Shown here: positions 25,081 through 39,554 of the stretch, one piece after another
Layout of the letters: every line of letters starts with the position of its first letter
Numbering within the stretch: the stretch's first letter is position 1
From: the human T2T-CHM13v2.0 reference genome, Homo sapiens
Strand: one strand, 5' to 3'
Assembly (NCBI RefSeq): GCF_009914755.1
Contig: NC_060932.1
Length of the DNA stretch: 64,000 nucleotides
Notes under the pieces: generated by a model
The model's database searches: none
Told to the model about the DNA's origin: nothing
Seen by the model: only the letters and a program-made list of their open reading frames with translations
Translations under genes and position numbers: made by a program

Positions 25081-27352
25081 AGCCCAGCTCCCGTCTCCCC
25101 GACCTGGCAAGGCCAGGTCTCACACAGCCACTTCCTGTTTCCTCTTTTATATCAAATGCTAAACGAGAAAGTAAAATCAATGAGAAATAATAAGCGTTAA
25201 AAAATGGCTTCATGAAAAGGCAAACTTAAAAACAGTAAAAACAAGAGTATGGCTTCAAAAAATGATTGGGAAGAATCAGCACTGGGGGCCAGGAGAGAAG
25301 ATTCGCCTGAATTTTTAAATCTCAAACAAGGAAACTGAGCTGAGAGGCAAGTCAGAGGCCCAGGGCAGGAAGCACATGTTTTGAAAGATGGAGGAGGTTT
25401 TTTTCAGAGGTTGTAACACAGTTCCTACCTTCCCTTCATCTTAGTGGGCAAAGTTAGTGTTCATTGAAGTAGTACAGGAAGCCTCCTGGAGGAGGTGGCC
25501 TTTTAGCTGAACTTTGAAGTTGGGCTTTGGTTTTGAAGGGAAGTCTCCTCAGAAGAAGAGAATTATAAAGAACAAAGACATAAAGGCAAGAGATGATGTA
25601 AACTTTTAGAGGGATTAAGTACCAATCAGCCTGATTGGGGCAAGGTATTCCCCTAGGGAAGGGGTGATATGGAGGGGTCAAGAGTTGGTTTGGGACGAGC
25701 AGAGGAGAACCTCAAGCCCAATCCAGGAGTTAGGATCAAGGTCAGGCAACTGTTCCCCACGGGACAAGGATGGAGCGCTAAAGGGCCACTCCAAGAAGTC
25801 TCGGGGGCACCTGTGGCTTTGTCCCAGCTGACAGGGCTGAAGGACAGCCTCGCTGACTCAAGGTCATAAACCATGTGAGAGGCTTAAGCAGTGCCAGGCC
25901 CTGAGGGAGCTGAGTCCTTTGCTGCATAAGGACTTGGCCCAATTTTGCTCCCCTGGAGTGACTGTGTGTCACAAGGATGCAAAGCTCCTTTACGGAGGGA
26001 CAATTCTTCTTGGCAGGAAGTGAGAAGTCTGGCGGGGTTGCTGACTGGCTTCTCCTCTGACTAGGGGATGGGCCTGGGGTGTCAGCTCCCTGATGGCAAT
26101 GGGAGTGGGAGAAGAAGGGAGGGAAAGCATACGAGGGTGATGGCAGAGAAGGGACAGAGGGAGGAACATCGCTAGGAACTGGGGAAGGGCTTCCAGCAGG
26201 TGAAGGTCCTATGGGTAATGTCCCTCTCTTCCACCCCCACCACTCACACAAACCTACGGACACACTCATTCATACACTCAAAACACACACACAGACACAT
26301 GCACACTCACACGTGTTATCAGCCAAGCTTCAGCTCAGATTAGTGAGGTTTACATCAGCCTCAGCAAAATTAGTTCCCCAAAAAAAGTCAATGCAGTGAC
26401 TTTTTCACAAAGCTACATTTATTCAATTTAAAGGACTATATATGTCATTCTGAGATTATGTTGTTTCTCTCTTCTTTGATTTGGGGTGGAGGGAGGTGTT
26501 AAAGTATTCGTTCTTTTTGGGAAGGGTGGTAATAATAGATAGCAAGGGTTTTTTTTTTTTCTTTGTGTCCTTTCTTGGCAAAACACAAAGCTTGTAACCC
26601 TGTATTGATTTCCAACTTTGATTGTTTCTTACGGTCTGTGAACTCCAAAGCCAGGAAATCATTGCCCTAGGTGAAACCACAGTTTCTGGAACACACCAAA
26701 GCCCATCCTGCCTCCAGGCCTTTGTGCTAGAAGCACCTTTCCCCTTCGTCTCCCTCAACATGGACTGGGCTGGTACCCTCTGACTGTTAATTCCTTCCAA
26801 TGTCCCCAGCTCAGAGTCTCTTCTCTGGCAAGCCCCTCCGGGCTCTGTGCCCCAGGAGCCCAGCCCTCTGAGCCCATGTCAGCAACACCACCTAAGGGGT
26901 GGACGGTCCAGCAGAGTCCACTGGTGATGGAAAGTTTTTCTGATAGTGAAGGACTTAGTCTCTCACAGTGATAGAACGGGCTTATTAGCAATCTGACCTC
27001 CACACGGTGCTAAATCCAGTCTCCCTTGGTGCATAGCAGATCTCTTAATGGCACCTTAGACAGATTTTATAACTTTCTGGTCAATTATGATTATTAAAAC
27101 CTCAGTTCATCTTAAGCTTCAATCTGGGTCCATTTTAAAGCTCCTTCCCTCCCCAGCCCTGGACAGCTTTCAGCCCAGGACCTGAAGGAGCCAGAGGCTG
27201 TGGCTGTCCTTCCTTTTCCTCTCCCTGGAGTCCTGGATAGAGAGGTGAGGACCGTCTGAAGATTCCCTCTCCCTCTTCTCCTGTGTTGGGGTGGGGAGGC
27301 AGAATGAGAGGCAGCGTCTTTCTAACTGGCTGCCTTCCAAGGGCAGGGAGGT

Positions 27353-27751
27353 TGTTATGAACCAAACTGAATCCCTACCAAAATTTGTTTGTTGAAACCC
27401 TAACCCCCAATGTGACTGTATTTAGAGATAGGGCCTGTAATGTGGTGGATTAAAGTTAAATATGGTCATAAGGATGGAGCCCTCATCCTATGGGACTGAT
27501 GTTCTTTTAAGGAGAAAAAGAGACAACAGAGATCTCTCTTTCTCTCCCTCTCTCTCTGAACACAGGAAAAACCAGGTGAGGACGTACTCAGAAGGCAGCT
27601 GTCTGCAAGCCAGGAAGGGAGGCCTCACCAAAAACCAACCCTGCCAGCACCTTGATCTTAGACTTCCAGCCTCCAGAACCATGAGAAAATAAATGCCTGT
27701 TTTTTAAGCCACGCAGTCTGTGTTATCTTGTTAGGGCAGCCTGAGCTAAGA
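27353..27751 (+). mobile_element. MaLR LTR (MLT1A-like)
   Basis: tgttatga...gttgaaaccctaacccccaatgtgactgtattt...gacttccagcctccagaacc...gcagcctgagctaaga. Confidence 0.88.
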
Positions 27752-29216
27752 AGGGGTTCTTCTGGGTCTCTCTCGCTGCCTCAGCCTGGCTCCGTGGACT
27801 GTGGGCCACCTTTGTCTGAGTGCATAGTTTATTTCAGGGCATTTCACGCCAGTTAGGTCCTTTCTGGGTCATGACCAGGTGTGCTGAGGTTAGGGACAAT
27901 TGTATAACATCACGTGGCATGAAGTAAGGAAACAGCTTTTTTGGAGAAAGGGAAAACTTAGCAAGTCGAAGTTGACCAGAGAAGGGAAGGAAGGTACAGA
28001 CCTCCTTCCCATCGCCCCACCGAGATGCCCAGCCTGGACCTGGAAGTGTGTCCCATTGCAGTGGACACAGTCCTCCCAGTCTGCTCTCCCTTTGAATTGA
28101 GCAGATGTGGAGCAACGTGGTTGGTGGTAAAAGAGATTGCTCTGGTGCCAAGTAGGTTGAGGGGTGCCTACTGTTTGCAGAACTGACTGGGGAAGCCAGA
28201 CACCCGGCACCCAGAGAGTTCCTGGAATCACTTTCTTGACAATCTTGCTTGTTGTGCCACGGGTGGTGTCCAGACTGGACTGGCCCTCCATTGGTGATGA
28301 CAGGGAGGGCAAGGGAGTCTCCCTCCCACCCTCCTGAGGTCCATGTCCTCAACCCTTCCCCTGCCAGGACTCCCCTCCTTAAGCTCCTGCCTCCTGCTCT
28401 ACCCTCCAGGGTCCTTCGCCTGAACCCCGGGACCTCGGGAGAGCAGCCACCACACCCACCGTCCGGAAGAACTCTGTCCCACTATGTAGACTCTCCCAGC
28501 TGCCACCCAAGGCTGCTGCAGCCAATCCCCCTCTACCAGAGACTCCAAGGAAGAAGCAGGCATCAGGGTCCAGGCTCTTTTTCACCTCTAACTCCCGCAA
28601 CATGCACCAGCTGCCTCACACCCCGTTCCAATGGTCCCCCAGGGTGAGCCTGGCAGCGCCCCAGCTCCACAGGAATCCAATGGGGGAGACAGCATGTACA
28701 GACCCAGTTTCTAGGAGTGCTGTCTTATCCCCCATCACTGCCTCTAGAAGAGGATTCTCTCCTACTCAGACAAAAAAGGAAGACAGAGCTCCCTGCAGAC
28801 CAATGAGCCACAACTGCCAGGTCCTCCTCTCGGCACACAGGTGGAGGAGACGGAGGCTGGGGCCATGATTGGTAACAGCTCAGCCAGTTCTATTACCTCT
28901 GAGTAGGCCTCAGGGGACGTGTGGACAGAGCTGGGCCTGAGCCATCCATTCTGAGCCACAGTAGAAGCCCCATGGACACATGGACATCCCATTGCAGGGG
29001 AGGCCTGGCAGGAAGATGGGCCACTAATGGGAGGAGGCTTAGCAGAAGACACTCAGTTCCTACCCATTCCCATCCCCTAAGGGCTGGCCCAGACCCCAAA
29101 ACCCTCTGGAACCTGCTCTCCATCCTCCCATCTGCCAGGGATGAAAACGCTCTCATCACTTGGACACACCCTAAATCCAGGGAGGACTGATGAGAATACA
29201 AACACAAGTTGCCATG

Positions 29217-29594
29217 TGCTATGGGCTGAACTGAATCCCTCCCAAATTCCTGCGTTGAAGCCCTAATCCCCTGTACCTCAGAATGTGACTAGATTTGGAG
29301 ATCAGCCCTCTAAAGAGGTAATTAAGGTAAAATGAGGTCACTAGGCTGGGCCGTGATCCAATGTGACTGGTGTCCTCAAAAGAAGGCAATGAGGACGACA
29401 CACACAGAGGGCAGACCACATGAGGACACAGCAACAGGAGACATCTGCCAGACAAGGAGAGAGGCCTCAGAAGGAACCGACCCTGCCAGCACCTTGATCT
29501 TGGACTTCCAGCCCTCACAACTGTGAGTAAATAAGTTTCTGTTGTTTAAGGCCCCCAGTCTGTGACTTCATTACAGTGTTCTTGTGAACCGACA
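29217..29594 (+). mobile_element. MaLR LTR (MLT1B-like)
   Basis: tgctatgggctgaa...tacctcagaatgtgact...ccttgatcttggacttccagcc...ctgttgtttaag. Confidence 0.88.
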
Positions 29595-30510
29595 TGCCAC
29601 ACCTCTTGGTGAGAGAGAGAGATGTGAAGCCCTTTACCTCACTTGACCTCATTTGAGTGTCATTAGCACTCAATATTGAATCAGGGTGAAGATACGCATG
29701 CAGAGCCAGGGTCATTGTACCCATTTCAAAGTTGGAAATGTTGAGTCTCAAAGCCATTCCGGGAGAACATTGGGCCTTCCCACATCCTGATCCAGGGATC
29801 TTTCCTCTTGGCCATGTTTCCTCCCTGTTGGCTTTGACCTGGGCAGGCCATGCTTGTGTACTATATGGGCTCAGGCCACTCCCCAGCATCCACTGGGCCT
29901 TGGAGGAGGTCAGCTCCTTCTCCAGCCACATCCTGCCCTCCCTCACCCTGCACCATCCCAGGCTGCTCTTAGCAGTCAGCCACTCTGACAGCCATTCTGG
30001 ATGTCATTGTCTCCCTGAATGTCCATGTCCACCTCTCCCTTCAGGATCATCCTGCACGGGGCTTGGATGTTGACAACAAGCTGAGCCTGTGTCCATGGAC
30101 CTACTAGATGTTAACGACTTGGTTAGAAGATGGGGGCAGTAGGAAAGCTCATTTAGTGAGGGAGACACTGGTATCACCAACCCTAGGGTTTGGAAAAGGA
30201 GAACAACCAAGAGGGGTGCTGGGGAGCAGGGCTAGAAAGAAGGGGAGGGGAGAAACTTAAGAAATAAGAGAAAGAGGGAAGAAAAGGAGAGAGGGAGAGG
30301 GATGTGAAAGATAAGAGGAAGGGTCAGGCTGTCCCTGGTAGGGAAAACCAACGTGGCGGAGCAAGAAAAGTCCTCCACACCCTATTCCAGCCCCATGGGT
30401 GTCACTGCAATCTGTGATGTGCAAAGAACCTCTCTGAACTTAAGGAGTTACAAAACACCAGAGAGGTGATTACTTTGTGTCTGCCCTCAGCCTTCACTTC
30501 TCTTATTATC

Positions 30511-30978
30511 TGCAATAGACTAAATAATTATGCCCCCCACTCCAAAGTCATATGCTGAAATCCTAACCCTCAAGGTGACATTAGGGGTAAGATCTTTGGG
30601 GGGTGTTGAGGTCATGAGGGTGGAGCCAAATAATTATTCCCCCCACCCCAAATTTCCTTATACTGAAATCCTAAAGCCCAAGGTGATATTAGGGGTGAAA
30701 GCTTTGGGGGCTGTTGAGGTCATGAGTTGGAGCCTTCATGAATGGGACTAGTGCTATTATAAAAGAGACCCCAGAGAGATCCCTCTCCTATTCCACCGTG
30801 AAGACTCAGCAAGAAGGCGCCATCTATGAACCAGGAAGTGGCCCTCGCCACACACCAAATCTGCTGGCGACTTGATCTTGGACTTTCCAGCCCCCAGAAC
30901 TGTGAAAAATAAATATCTGTTGTTTAGAAGCCACCCAGTCTATGGTATTTGGTTATAGACCCCAAATAGACTAAGACT
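30511..30978 (+). mobile_element. MaLR LTR (MLT1A0-like) with ~106 bp internal tandem duplication
   Basis: MLT1A motifs; duplicated unit 30522-30627 / 30628-30734. Confidence 0.85.
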
Positions 30979-31459
30979 CTATTCTTCCCTTGTCCTTAAT
31001 ATCCTTCCCCCCTTTTCATTTCCCTTTTCCTTACCAACCCTGCAGCCCCCACCCCTCTCCTTGGCAGAACAAATCCACATTTTCTTCTATTGATTTGCTC
31101 TCTCTCTGCATAAAGTGTGCAGAACAAGCACAGTGCACAATGTTCTTTCTGTTGGGCGGCTGTGCGGCTTGATGAATGTGCGAGACAGACGCTGGCTGCT
31201 GTACAATGCCTGACGGCAGGGCATGCATATCTTCACTATGATTCAGACGCTTGCATTCAATTGTGTATTTACACAGGCTGGGGATATTTATAGACAAGAG
31301 CATCCATAGATTGTGGCTTACAGTGGCCTTGGCCCTTTGACCTGAAATCGAAGGGGACCTTACAGAAATTATGCCACCTATTCTTGAAACAGTTCTAAAA
31401 GGGAATGGGAAGAAATGTTTTCCCTGCTTTTCTAGGCAAAGACTGCTCAGAAGGACAAT

Positions 31460-31690
31460 ATTACCAGCTATCATTTACTGAGCAGCTATTATGGGCTAGG
31501 GTTTTACATATGTTACATCTCATCTTTTTAACAAATCTCTGAATAGATATTTGTATCCATAGTTTACAGACAAGGTTCAGATAGGTTAAGAAACTAGCTG
31601 AGGTTCAGATAGGTTAAGAAACTTCTCCTGAGTCCTACAGAAGTCACTGGTGAATCCAAGGCCAGAGCCTGTGCTCTTTCTGAAATACCA
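31460..31690 (-). mobile_element. MIR
   Basis: agctatcatttactgagcagctattatg...tttacaga...ggttaagaaactt...gagcctgtgctcttt. Confidence 0.7.
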
Positions 31691-33742
31691 TGGAGGGGGT
31701 TTCATATCACCTTAAACATAGAAGCCAGCCACAGCCAGTTTGTCTGTTCCTCACCATGAAATAGAAACTTGCCTCATCTTCATACATCTTTGTATTCTCC
31801 TAGCCCAGCACATTTTTCTGTGTACAAAAGATGTTCAATATATGGTTATGGATAATGAGAAACCCATACAGGCAAACAAAATCTTGATTAACCAGAACCC
31901 TGCCAACTGAAACTCTCAAGTAACTAAAATAAAATTGTAGAGCTTCTATTTTAAGTGAAACAAGCAAATCACAGCACAATACACTTGTATCTGACTGTCA
32001 TTTCAGGTCAGTGGACTAGGTAGGCAGTTGAACGGGTGCATGGAGGAATGCAGGCATGCTTGCAGTGGGTCAGTGTCCTGCCCAGCCTGTGTATCCAGTC
32101 GCTATCTTGCTCAGAGAGAACTGATAGCTATGAGGCTGACCCCAAGGCCCAAGAAAACTGTTATTCAACAGAATCAAGAGTCAGGACTGGGGACCTACTA
32201 TGTCCTTGGAAATGCACCACATGTTGAAGGGAGTATAGAATTATAATTATGTTCCTAACATGTACATTACATTATAGTAATGGAAGCAGAAAATTGTCAG
32301 AAAACTTCAATGGTCAGGGTGGAAAAGCACAGTATATTGAGTTGACTCTTAGTTAACTTGACAATTCAATTACCCAAGTTAACCAGTCTCAGTTAATCAA
32401 GGTTACAATGCAATTGAGATTCACCCTACAGATTACTTGTACCCTGATGACCAAATGTTCCATAAATGTGTCCTTCCTCAATGTAAAATGGAAGTGTAGC
32501 TTTCACTTCTCATCAGTTTCACCCACTGGCCACTTGCATCAGTGGCTCCTCAAATCCCCTAATACAGCAATTTCTACCTATGTTTCTGAGCTTGAGGAGG
32601 GGGTGAGAAGAGACCAGGCTGCACAGTCAGCCAGGCCTGAGCTTGACCTAGACCATCTACTTAGTACTGCATGACACTGGGCAAACTTATTTGCCCTTCA
32701 GGGCCTCAATTTCCTCACCTTTAAAGTGGGGATGACAACACCCACTCCCTTGAGTTATTTATTTACTCATGTAATAAATACAGCAAGGTCCTCACCTTGC
32801 TGTAGACAGGCTTTAAGGAGGTTGATGAGATTACATTAGAGAAACAAGCTAAAGGTTAAAACTGATAGCAAGAGAAGAAAGGGAATTAAGGTAGGGATAA
32901 TCAAAAGCTGGAATCGAGGCTGGAAAAAGTGAGGATGACAAAGATCTAGGAGTTGCCCATGCACGTGACTCCAAGCATCATAGAAACCAGTGTGAAAAGG
33001 AAAGGCTGGTCTTTTATACAACTCACAGGGTTCCTAAGAGAAACACCAGGTGATCAGGACAGAGGTGCACTTGGCCCTGAGAGCAGAGGGGAAAATGCCT
33101 TCTTAGACACCTCTTAAGGAGGCCCCTACATGATGTAATGAGCAACATCGTTGAAGTAAACACCCCATTTTCTTTTCAACCACTCCAGTGTGGGCTGGGA
33201 GCATCCCATCAAAGCCTCATTCAGTAAAAGCTGCTGAATTCAGGGGAGAGGTCAGGGGAAGGGCAGAGTGATGAGAGCTCAGTGCCCGACTCCAGTGGTA
33301 CAACTTGATCTGGGACACGTTTTAGACTATGTAAACTTTAGACTCCAGATTGTCACTTGAAAAATTCTTTAAGGTATCATTTCTCTTAGCTGAGTTCTTT
33401 TTTCTTTGCTAACTTAATTTTCAACAATGAGTTCAGTATTGTTTACTCCTCAGAAGCACCTGTGGTGCCACAAACCTGGGCTGCCCATCAAACCCATGCA
33501 TCTCAACCAGCAACAGAGCCAAGAGTAAATGTGAAGTCCTCTTATTGGAGCTGAGCTGAGCAGCCCTCAAGGAGAAAGCCTGAAGGAAGCCATCCCTCCT
33601 CCAATTGACAGTGCCATCCAAAAGGCAAGGCCAAGATTCTCCTTTGTAAAGTAGTCTTGGGTCAATTCCAGTATGTAGATAAACGGGTGAGCAAGGCTAC
33701 ACCATAGAGAATGGCCATAAGGATTTCGGTCTGGAATTTTTT

Positions 33743-34444
33743 TTCAATTTCATTTAATTTTAAGTTCTGTTATACATGTGCAGGACAGGTAGGTTACATA
33801 GGTAAACATGTGCCATGGTGGTTGACTGCACCTATCAACCCATCACCTAAGTATTAAGCCCAGCATGCATTAGCTATTTTTCCTGATGGTCTCCTTCCTC
33901 TCACCCTCCTCCACCAGGCCCCAGTGTGTGTTGTTCCCCTCCGTGTCCATGTGTTATCATTGTTCAGCTCCCACTTATAAGTGAGAACATGCAGTGTTTA
34001 ATTTTCTGTTCCTGTGTTAGTTTGCTGAGGATAATGGCTTCCAGCTCCATCCATGTCCCTACAAAGGACATGATCTCATTCTTTTTTATGGCTGCATAGT
34101 ATTCCATGGCATATTTCTACCACATTTTCTTTATCCATTCTATCATTGATGGGCATTTGGGTTGATTCTACGTCTTTGCTATCGAGAATAGTGCTGCAAT
34201 GAACACAGGCATGCTTGTATCTTTATAATAAAACGACTTGTATTCCTTTGTGTATATGCCCAGTAATGGGATTGCTGGATCAAATGGAATTTCTGGTCCT
34301 AGATCTTTGAGGAATCACCACACTGTCTTCCACAATGGTTGAACTAATTTACATTCCCACCAACAGTATAAAAGTGTTTTTATTTCTTCACAGCCTCGCC
34401 AGCATCTGTCGTTTCTCGACTTTTTAATAATCGCCATTCTGACT
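33743..34444 (-). mobile_element. 5'-truncated L1PA (about L1PA8-10) 3' end
   Basis: taagttctg...ggtaaacatgtgccatggtggt...gtgagaacatgcagtg...tcgccattctgact; TSD tggaatttttt at 33732 and 34450. Confidence 0.92.
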
Positions 34445-34499
34445 TAGCTTGGAATTTTTTAAGTTGATGTGCACAAGAGCAAAATGTATAGGCTTTCAA

Positions 34500-34710
34500 A
34501 GCAAACACTTACATATGCCAAGCTATTCTCAGGACCCTACCTACAATAAGTCACATAAGCTCACCAAGGAGGTGGGACCTATTACTATTCACAGTGTACA
34601 GAAGAAGAAAATGAGCCACAGGGCCACACAGCTAACAAGTGGCAAAACCTAGACTTGAACCCAAGCAGTTGGAAGCAAAGTTCATGCTCCTAACCACACA
34701 CTATTTTTGC
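34500..34710 (-). mobile_element. MIR
   Basis: acctattactattcacag...cacacagctaacaagtggcaaaacctagacttgaacccaagcag...tgctcctaaccac. Confidence 0.7.
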
Positions 34711-35446
34711 TTATTAAGCAGTTGAAGTACTAGAAAAATCTACCAAAATTAGTAATGTTGCTTTCATGATTGTTGCTCTGAAGGGCTCCTTCCAGCAGTT
34801 TACTAGTAGTTATCAGACCTCTTGTCTCTCCAGTCCACTCCAAGTTCAACGCAGTGGAAAGTGTGATCTGAATAAAAATGATGTGTGTCTTTCCATTCAT
34901 CATAGCAGTGGGCTCATGCCCCGCTCATCCATGGGGATATCAAATCATTAAGAAACAAATTGAAATGGTGGGGTTCAAAACACTTCCCTGATTTTACTGC
35001 TCCATCTACTGCCCCTGACTGTGATTATACAATAATAGTATCAAGTATGTAGAAGCATCAAGAACTGCGGGTCTTTGATGAGCTCATGTATCCGTTCTTA
35101 ATCAATATGAAGGCTTGGGAAGAGTCAACAAAAACCACACATGATCGGATATTGCTCCTGGTGGACTTCACCACCAGGTGATAATTGGTTAAAAACATGG
35201 TCTGTGGTTGAAAGACCTATCAAAGAGCCTGTCTGCTTCTCACATAAAACACTGGCCTGGAAACCCCAGGCTTCATGCTCATTCATCAAGTATACATTAT
35301 CTATAAAATATCCAAAAATTGATAAATCTTTTAGGAGAAGTAAAGAGATGTCTTTTGTGTGTGTGATGGGATAAAATACAATCATAGATTCAATAAAAGT
35401 GAGCAAGATATTATGGCTCGGAACCCATCTTTCAGAAAGTTTATTT

Positions 35447-35743
35447 GGCCAGGCACAGTGGCTCATGTCTGTAATCCCAGCACTTTGGGAGGCCGAGGTG
35501 GGGGGATTGCTTGAGGCTAGGAGTTCAAGACCAGCCTGGCCAGCATGGCGAAACCTGGTCTCTACTAAAAAATACAAAAATTAGTCAGGCGTGGTGGTGT
35601 ATGCCTATAATCCTACATACTCAGGAGGCTGAGGCATGAAAATCACTTGAGCCTGGGAGGCGGAGGTTGCAGTGAGCTGAGATCACGCCACTGCACTCCA
35701 GCCTGGGCGACAGAGTGAGATTCTGTCTAAAAAAACAAAAAGA
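35447..35743 (+). mobile_element. Alu (old AluS/Jb)
   Basis: Full dimer; TSD agaaagtttatt / agaaagtgtatt. Confidence 0.95.
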
Positions 35744-36419
35744 AGAAAGTGTATTAACAGCTCTGGGTACAAATGATCTTTCTCTGGTGTTGTATTCAGC
35801 AACAGGTTTTAAATTAACTATACAACGTGAGGGCTGGACCAAGAGCAAACTAGTCTCTGCAAAAATTGGGACAGATGCTTTTAAGCCTCCAACTCTCAAC
35901 TGGAATCAGTGCCCCAGAGTCTTACTCCCCAAGTTTGTGCCACAGGTAATTGTCCTAAAATCTGTTTTTATTGCCAGAACTATCAACCACATTAAGGTCA
36001 TCTCACTAAATTTTACTACAACTTAATGTTTTCCAACCAATGTAAAATTTATAACTGACTTTAAATTTGATAAGGTCCTCGTTGGAGGCTTCTGATTTTT
36101 TGTTTGCAAAGTTCTTCACCAATTCAGACACCATTTTTCCACCCCTTTAAAAAGTTCTTTTCAAACTAGGGAGGATAAAGCTCATTTTTACTGAAACACT
36201 TGGTACCTAAACCCAACTTTACATTTTCTACATTCTGCTAGGAAGTGAGACATTACCTTAAGGGCTCAGAGATGAAATATGTTGAAATCCCAGAACGTCA
36301 GAAAGCTCTTCTGCCTGTCCTACACTTCCCAACCTCATAAACTTTCCAGGTCAAAGTTGTGGACCTGTAGGTTCTAGGATAGCCATGCCCAAGGCTTACA
36401 CAAGAGAGGCATATTCCCG

Positions 36420-36913
<494 letters not shown>

Positions 36914-38417
36914 TTAGGAAATTTTTCTTTCAATGGATCCAACTGTCTCTGTGGGATTCATCCCACAGAGAAGTGAGTCGCCCATCCCCCAGAGGACCCC
37001 AGTGAGGCTCAAGCAGACTAGCAGCCAAATCTAATGCTCCAGACCCCCAAAACAATCAGCCCCAAGATGAATAAGAATAACGTTCAAAATAACATTTTTA
37101 AAAGACCATGTGTCCAAACATGCTGTGCATGTCCTGGCAGGGGAAGCTGAGTGTTAAGACAAATCACATCCAACTTGCCAGGGAACAGGATCAAGACTAG
37201 AAGAAAAATATCCCTGTCATGTGAGCCAGGCAATCTGACAACGTTTCCCCCAAGTCTGACAGAGATAAGAGTGGCCAGTCTACTTTTACTGCTGCCAAAG
37301 TTATTTTTTCCCTGATGGCTGGAGAGATAAAAGACCTGAAACCATAAATATGAGCAGGTGAATTTGTAAAATCCAGATTCCTTTCAAAAGGAAACGGTTT
37401 ATTTAAAAAACAAACAAACAAAAAGACAACTTCAAACAGGAAAAACATCCAAGCTGTTATCTTTAGGGTCCCAAATGGCCACATTCCCAGAAGGAAATTG
37501 TAACCATTGTAGAGCTCATTCCAGGATGTGTACCAGGTCTAAACAATGCTGACATCACTTAGGCTGGTTGGCTGGGCACCTACCAAGGTATCTTCTTTCT
37601 ATGAAGCAACAGCCCTCCTATTTGGCAAGAACATCCCAGCCAAAGGGGAGGTTCTTCAAGGAATTGAGATAGCCCTGGAAGCATTAACTGTGGAGATGAA
37701 CAGAGGAAAACGCATACTGGCTCTTACCAGGAAGAGAAGAATCACATACTCTGCACAGAAGGCTGAGGGGTGGTAGTGAGACCATCCTCCATCAGGAATG
37801 AGCAGAAAAGGGGAAATGTGGTTGTGTTTGATGGCAGCAAAGGGGAGGGTGATCACACCGGTTGAGTGGTGGGGAGACCGCAAGCTGAGGGAGCTACTTC
37901 AGTGGGGAACTTCATAGAGACCTGATGGGGATTTGAAGTATGATTAGGTGGATTCAGAGCTGAAAGTGGATTGAGCTACCTGTCAGGGACTCTGTCCTCC
38001 ACTAGTGAATTAAGCCAAAGAACCTTGTCATTCACTGTCAGAGATAACCTCATGCAGTGAGAGCACAAAGCACTGTGTCCATAATCTAGTAAAAGGAGGA
38101 CACTGTCCCCTAAGAGCTGCCAGGAGCAAAGCTGGGGGCATCCAATCCATTTTTAACAGCCCAATCAGGGTGACCATGGCTCCCATGCTACAGCAAGGGA
38201 GCTGGGAAGAGCCACGATGCAGGTTGGCCCTCCCATGGTTCAACCAAGAAAGGAGATGGAGCAACAAGACAATAGACTGGGGTGACTCTCACAGGTATCA
38301 GCACTATCTGTTTCTTCATCAAGGTTGAGCAAGAGAAGTCACATGCATCTTCTCTCCCGGGATATGACTCCCTCATGCCAATCCTCCTAAATCACAACAC
38401 ACTGATTGATTGGCATA

Positions 38418-38780
38418 TATCGTAGTCCACTCAAGCTGCTGCTATAACAAAATGTCAAAGACTGGGTGGCTACAGCAACAAAAATTTATTTTCTCACATT
38501 TCTGGAGGCTGGAAGTCTGAGATCAGGGTGCCAACATGGTCAGTTTCTGGTGAAACCTCTCTTCCTGACTTGCAGACAGTCCCCCTCTCACTGTGTCTTC
38601 ACACGGTAGAGAAAAAAGCAGCAGGCTCTGTGGTGTCTCTTCTTATAAAGTCACTAATTCCATCATGAACCCCAACCACATGACCTCATCTAAATCTAAT
38701 TCTTTCCCCAAAACTCCGTCTCCAAATACCATCACACCAGGGGCCCAGAATTCTGGGGGGACACCATTCTGTTCCTAGCA
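38418..38780 (-). mobile_element. MaLR LTR (MLT1A0-like)
   Basis: gctgctataacaaaa...tctggaggctggaagtctgagatcagggtgcc...ttcctagca; TSD gcata / gcatg. Confidence 0.88.
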
Positions 38781-39554
38781 GCATGATTTTCTGTGAATCC
38801 AGGCATTCTCTGTGTTATGGGTCTTCACTCACAAGCAACGCTGTTTCAACATGCCAACCTTAATGTTAGCATCATGAGGCTTATGGTTCTATGGTGGCAT
38901 GAGAAGTAATAATAGACAAAGTGACTGCATAAAATACATGTTCATCAAATATCTGTCCCTCATCCCAACTGCCATCCCCTTGTCTTCCACAGCCTGTTTC
39001 CAAACCCTTTGCTCTGATCTTAAATCTCAAAGGTCTTCTAAATTCCAGACATTCTGGTTCCTGAAAATTCAAAAGGGACAGGACACCAGCCCCTGAAAGA
39101 GGGACTATTGTGGAAACACTGGAGATAGAGGAAGAACAGGGGAATCTATCCACTCACAAGTTATGCAAAGAGAAGAGACTCCAGCCATCACCAATATGTA
39201 TTTCTTGAGACTAGCCCTATGCTAGGTACATAGTGGGAAACAGGGGAAGACAGGGGAAGGCCCTCAAAGAGCTCGCATAACCCAAAAAGAGGAGCAATGA
39301 CTTTGTAATTTACATGGTACTGGCTCTAAGTGCTGAAAGAACTTGGAGGAAGGAGAGATCTGAGTCAGCCACAACAATCAGAGAAGGAATTACGGGAGAA
39401 GAAACATGGGAGCTGGGGCTTGAAAGACAGAAAAACATTTCAGAGAGGAAAGAGGAGGGTTTCGTCAAGCAGGAACCAGCATGAGCAGAAGGACAGAGGC
39501 AGAGATCTGGCAGAAGGAGAAGACATGAGGAGACCAGGGTGGCAGGGTGTTGGG

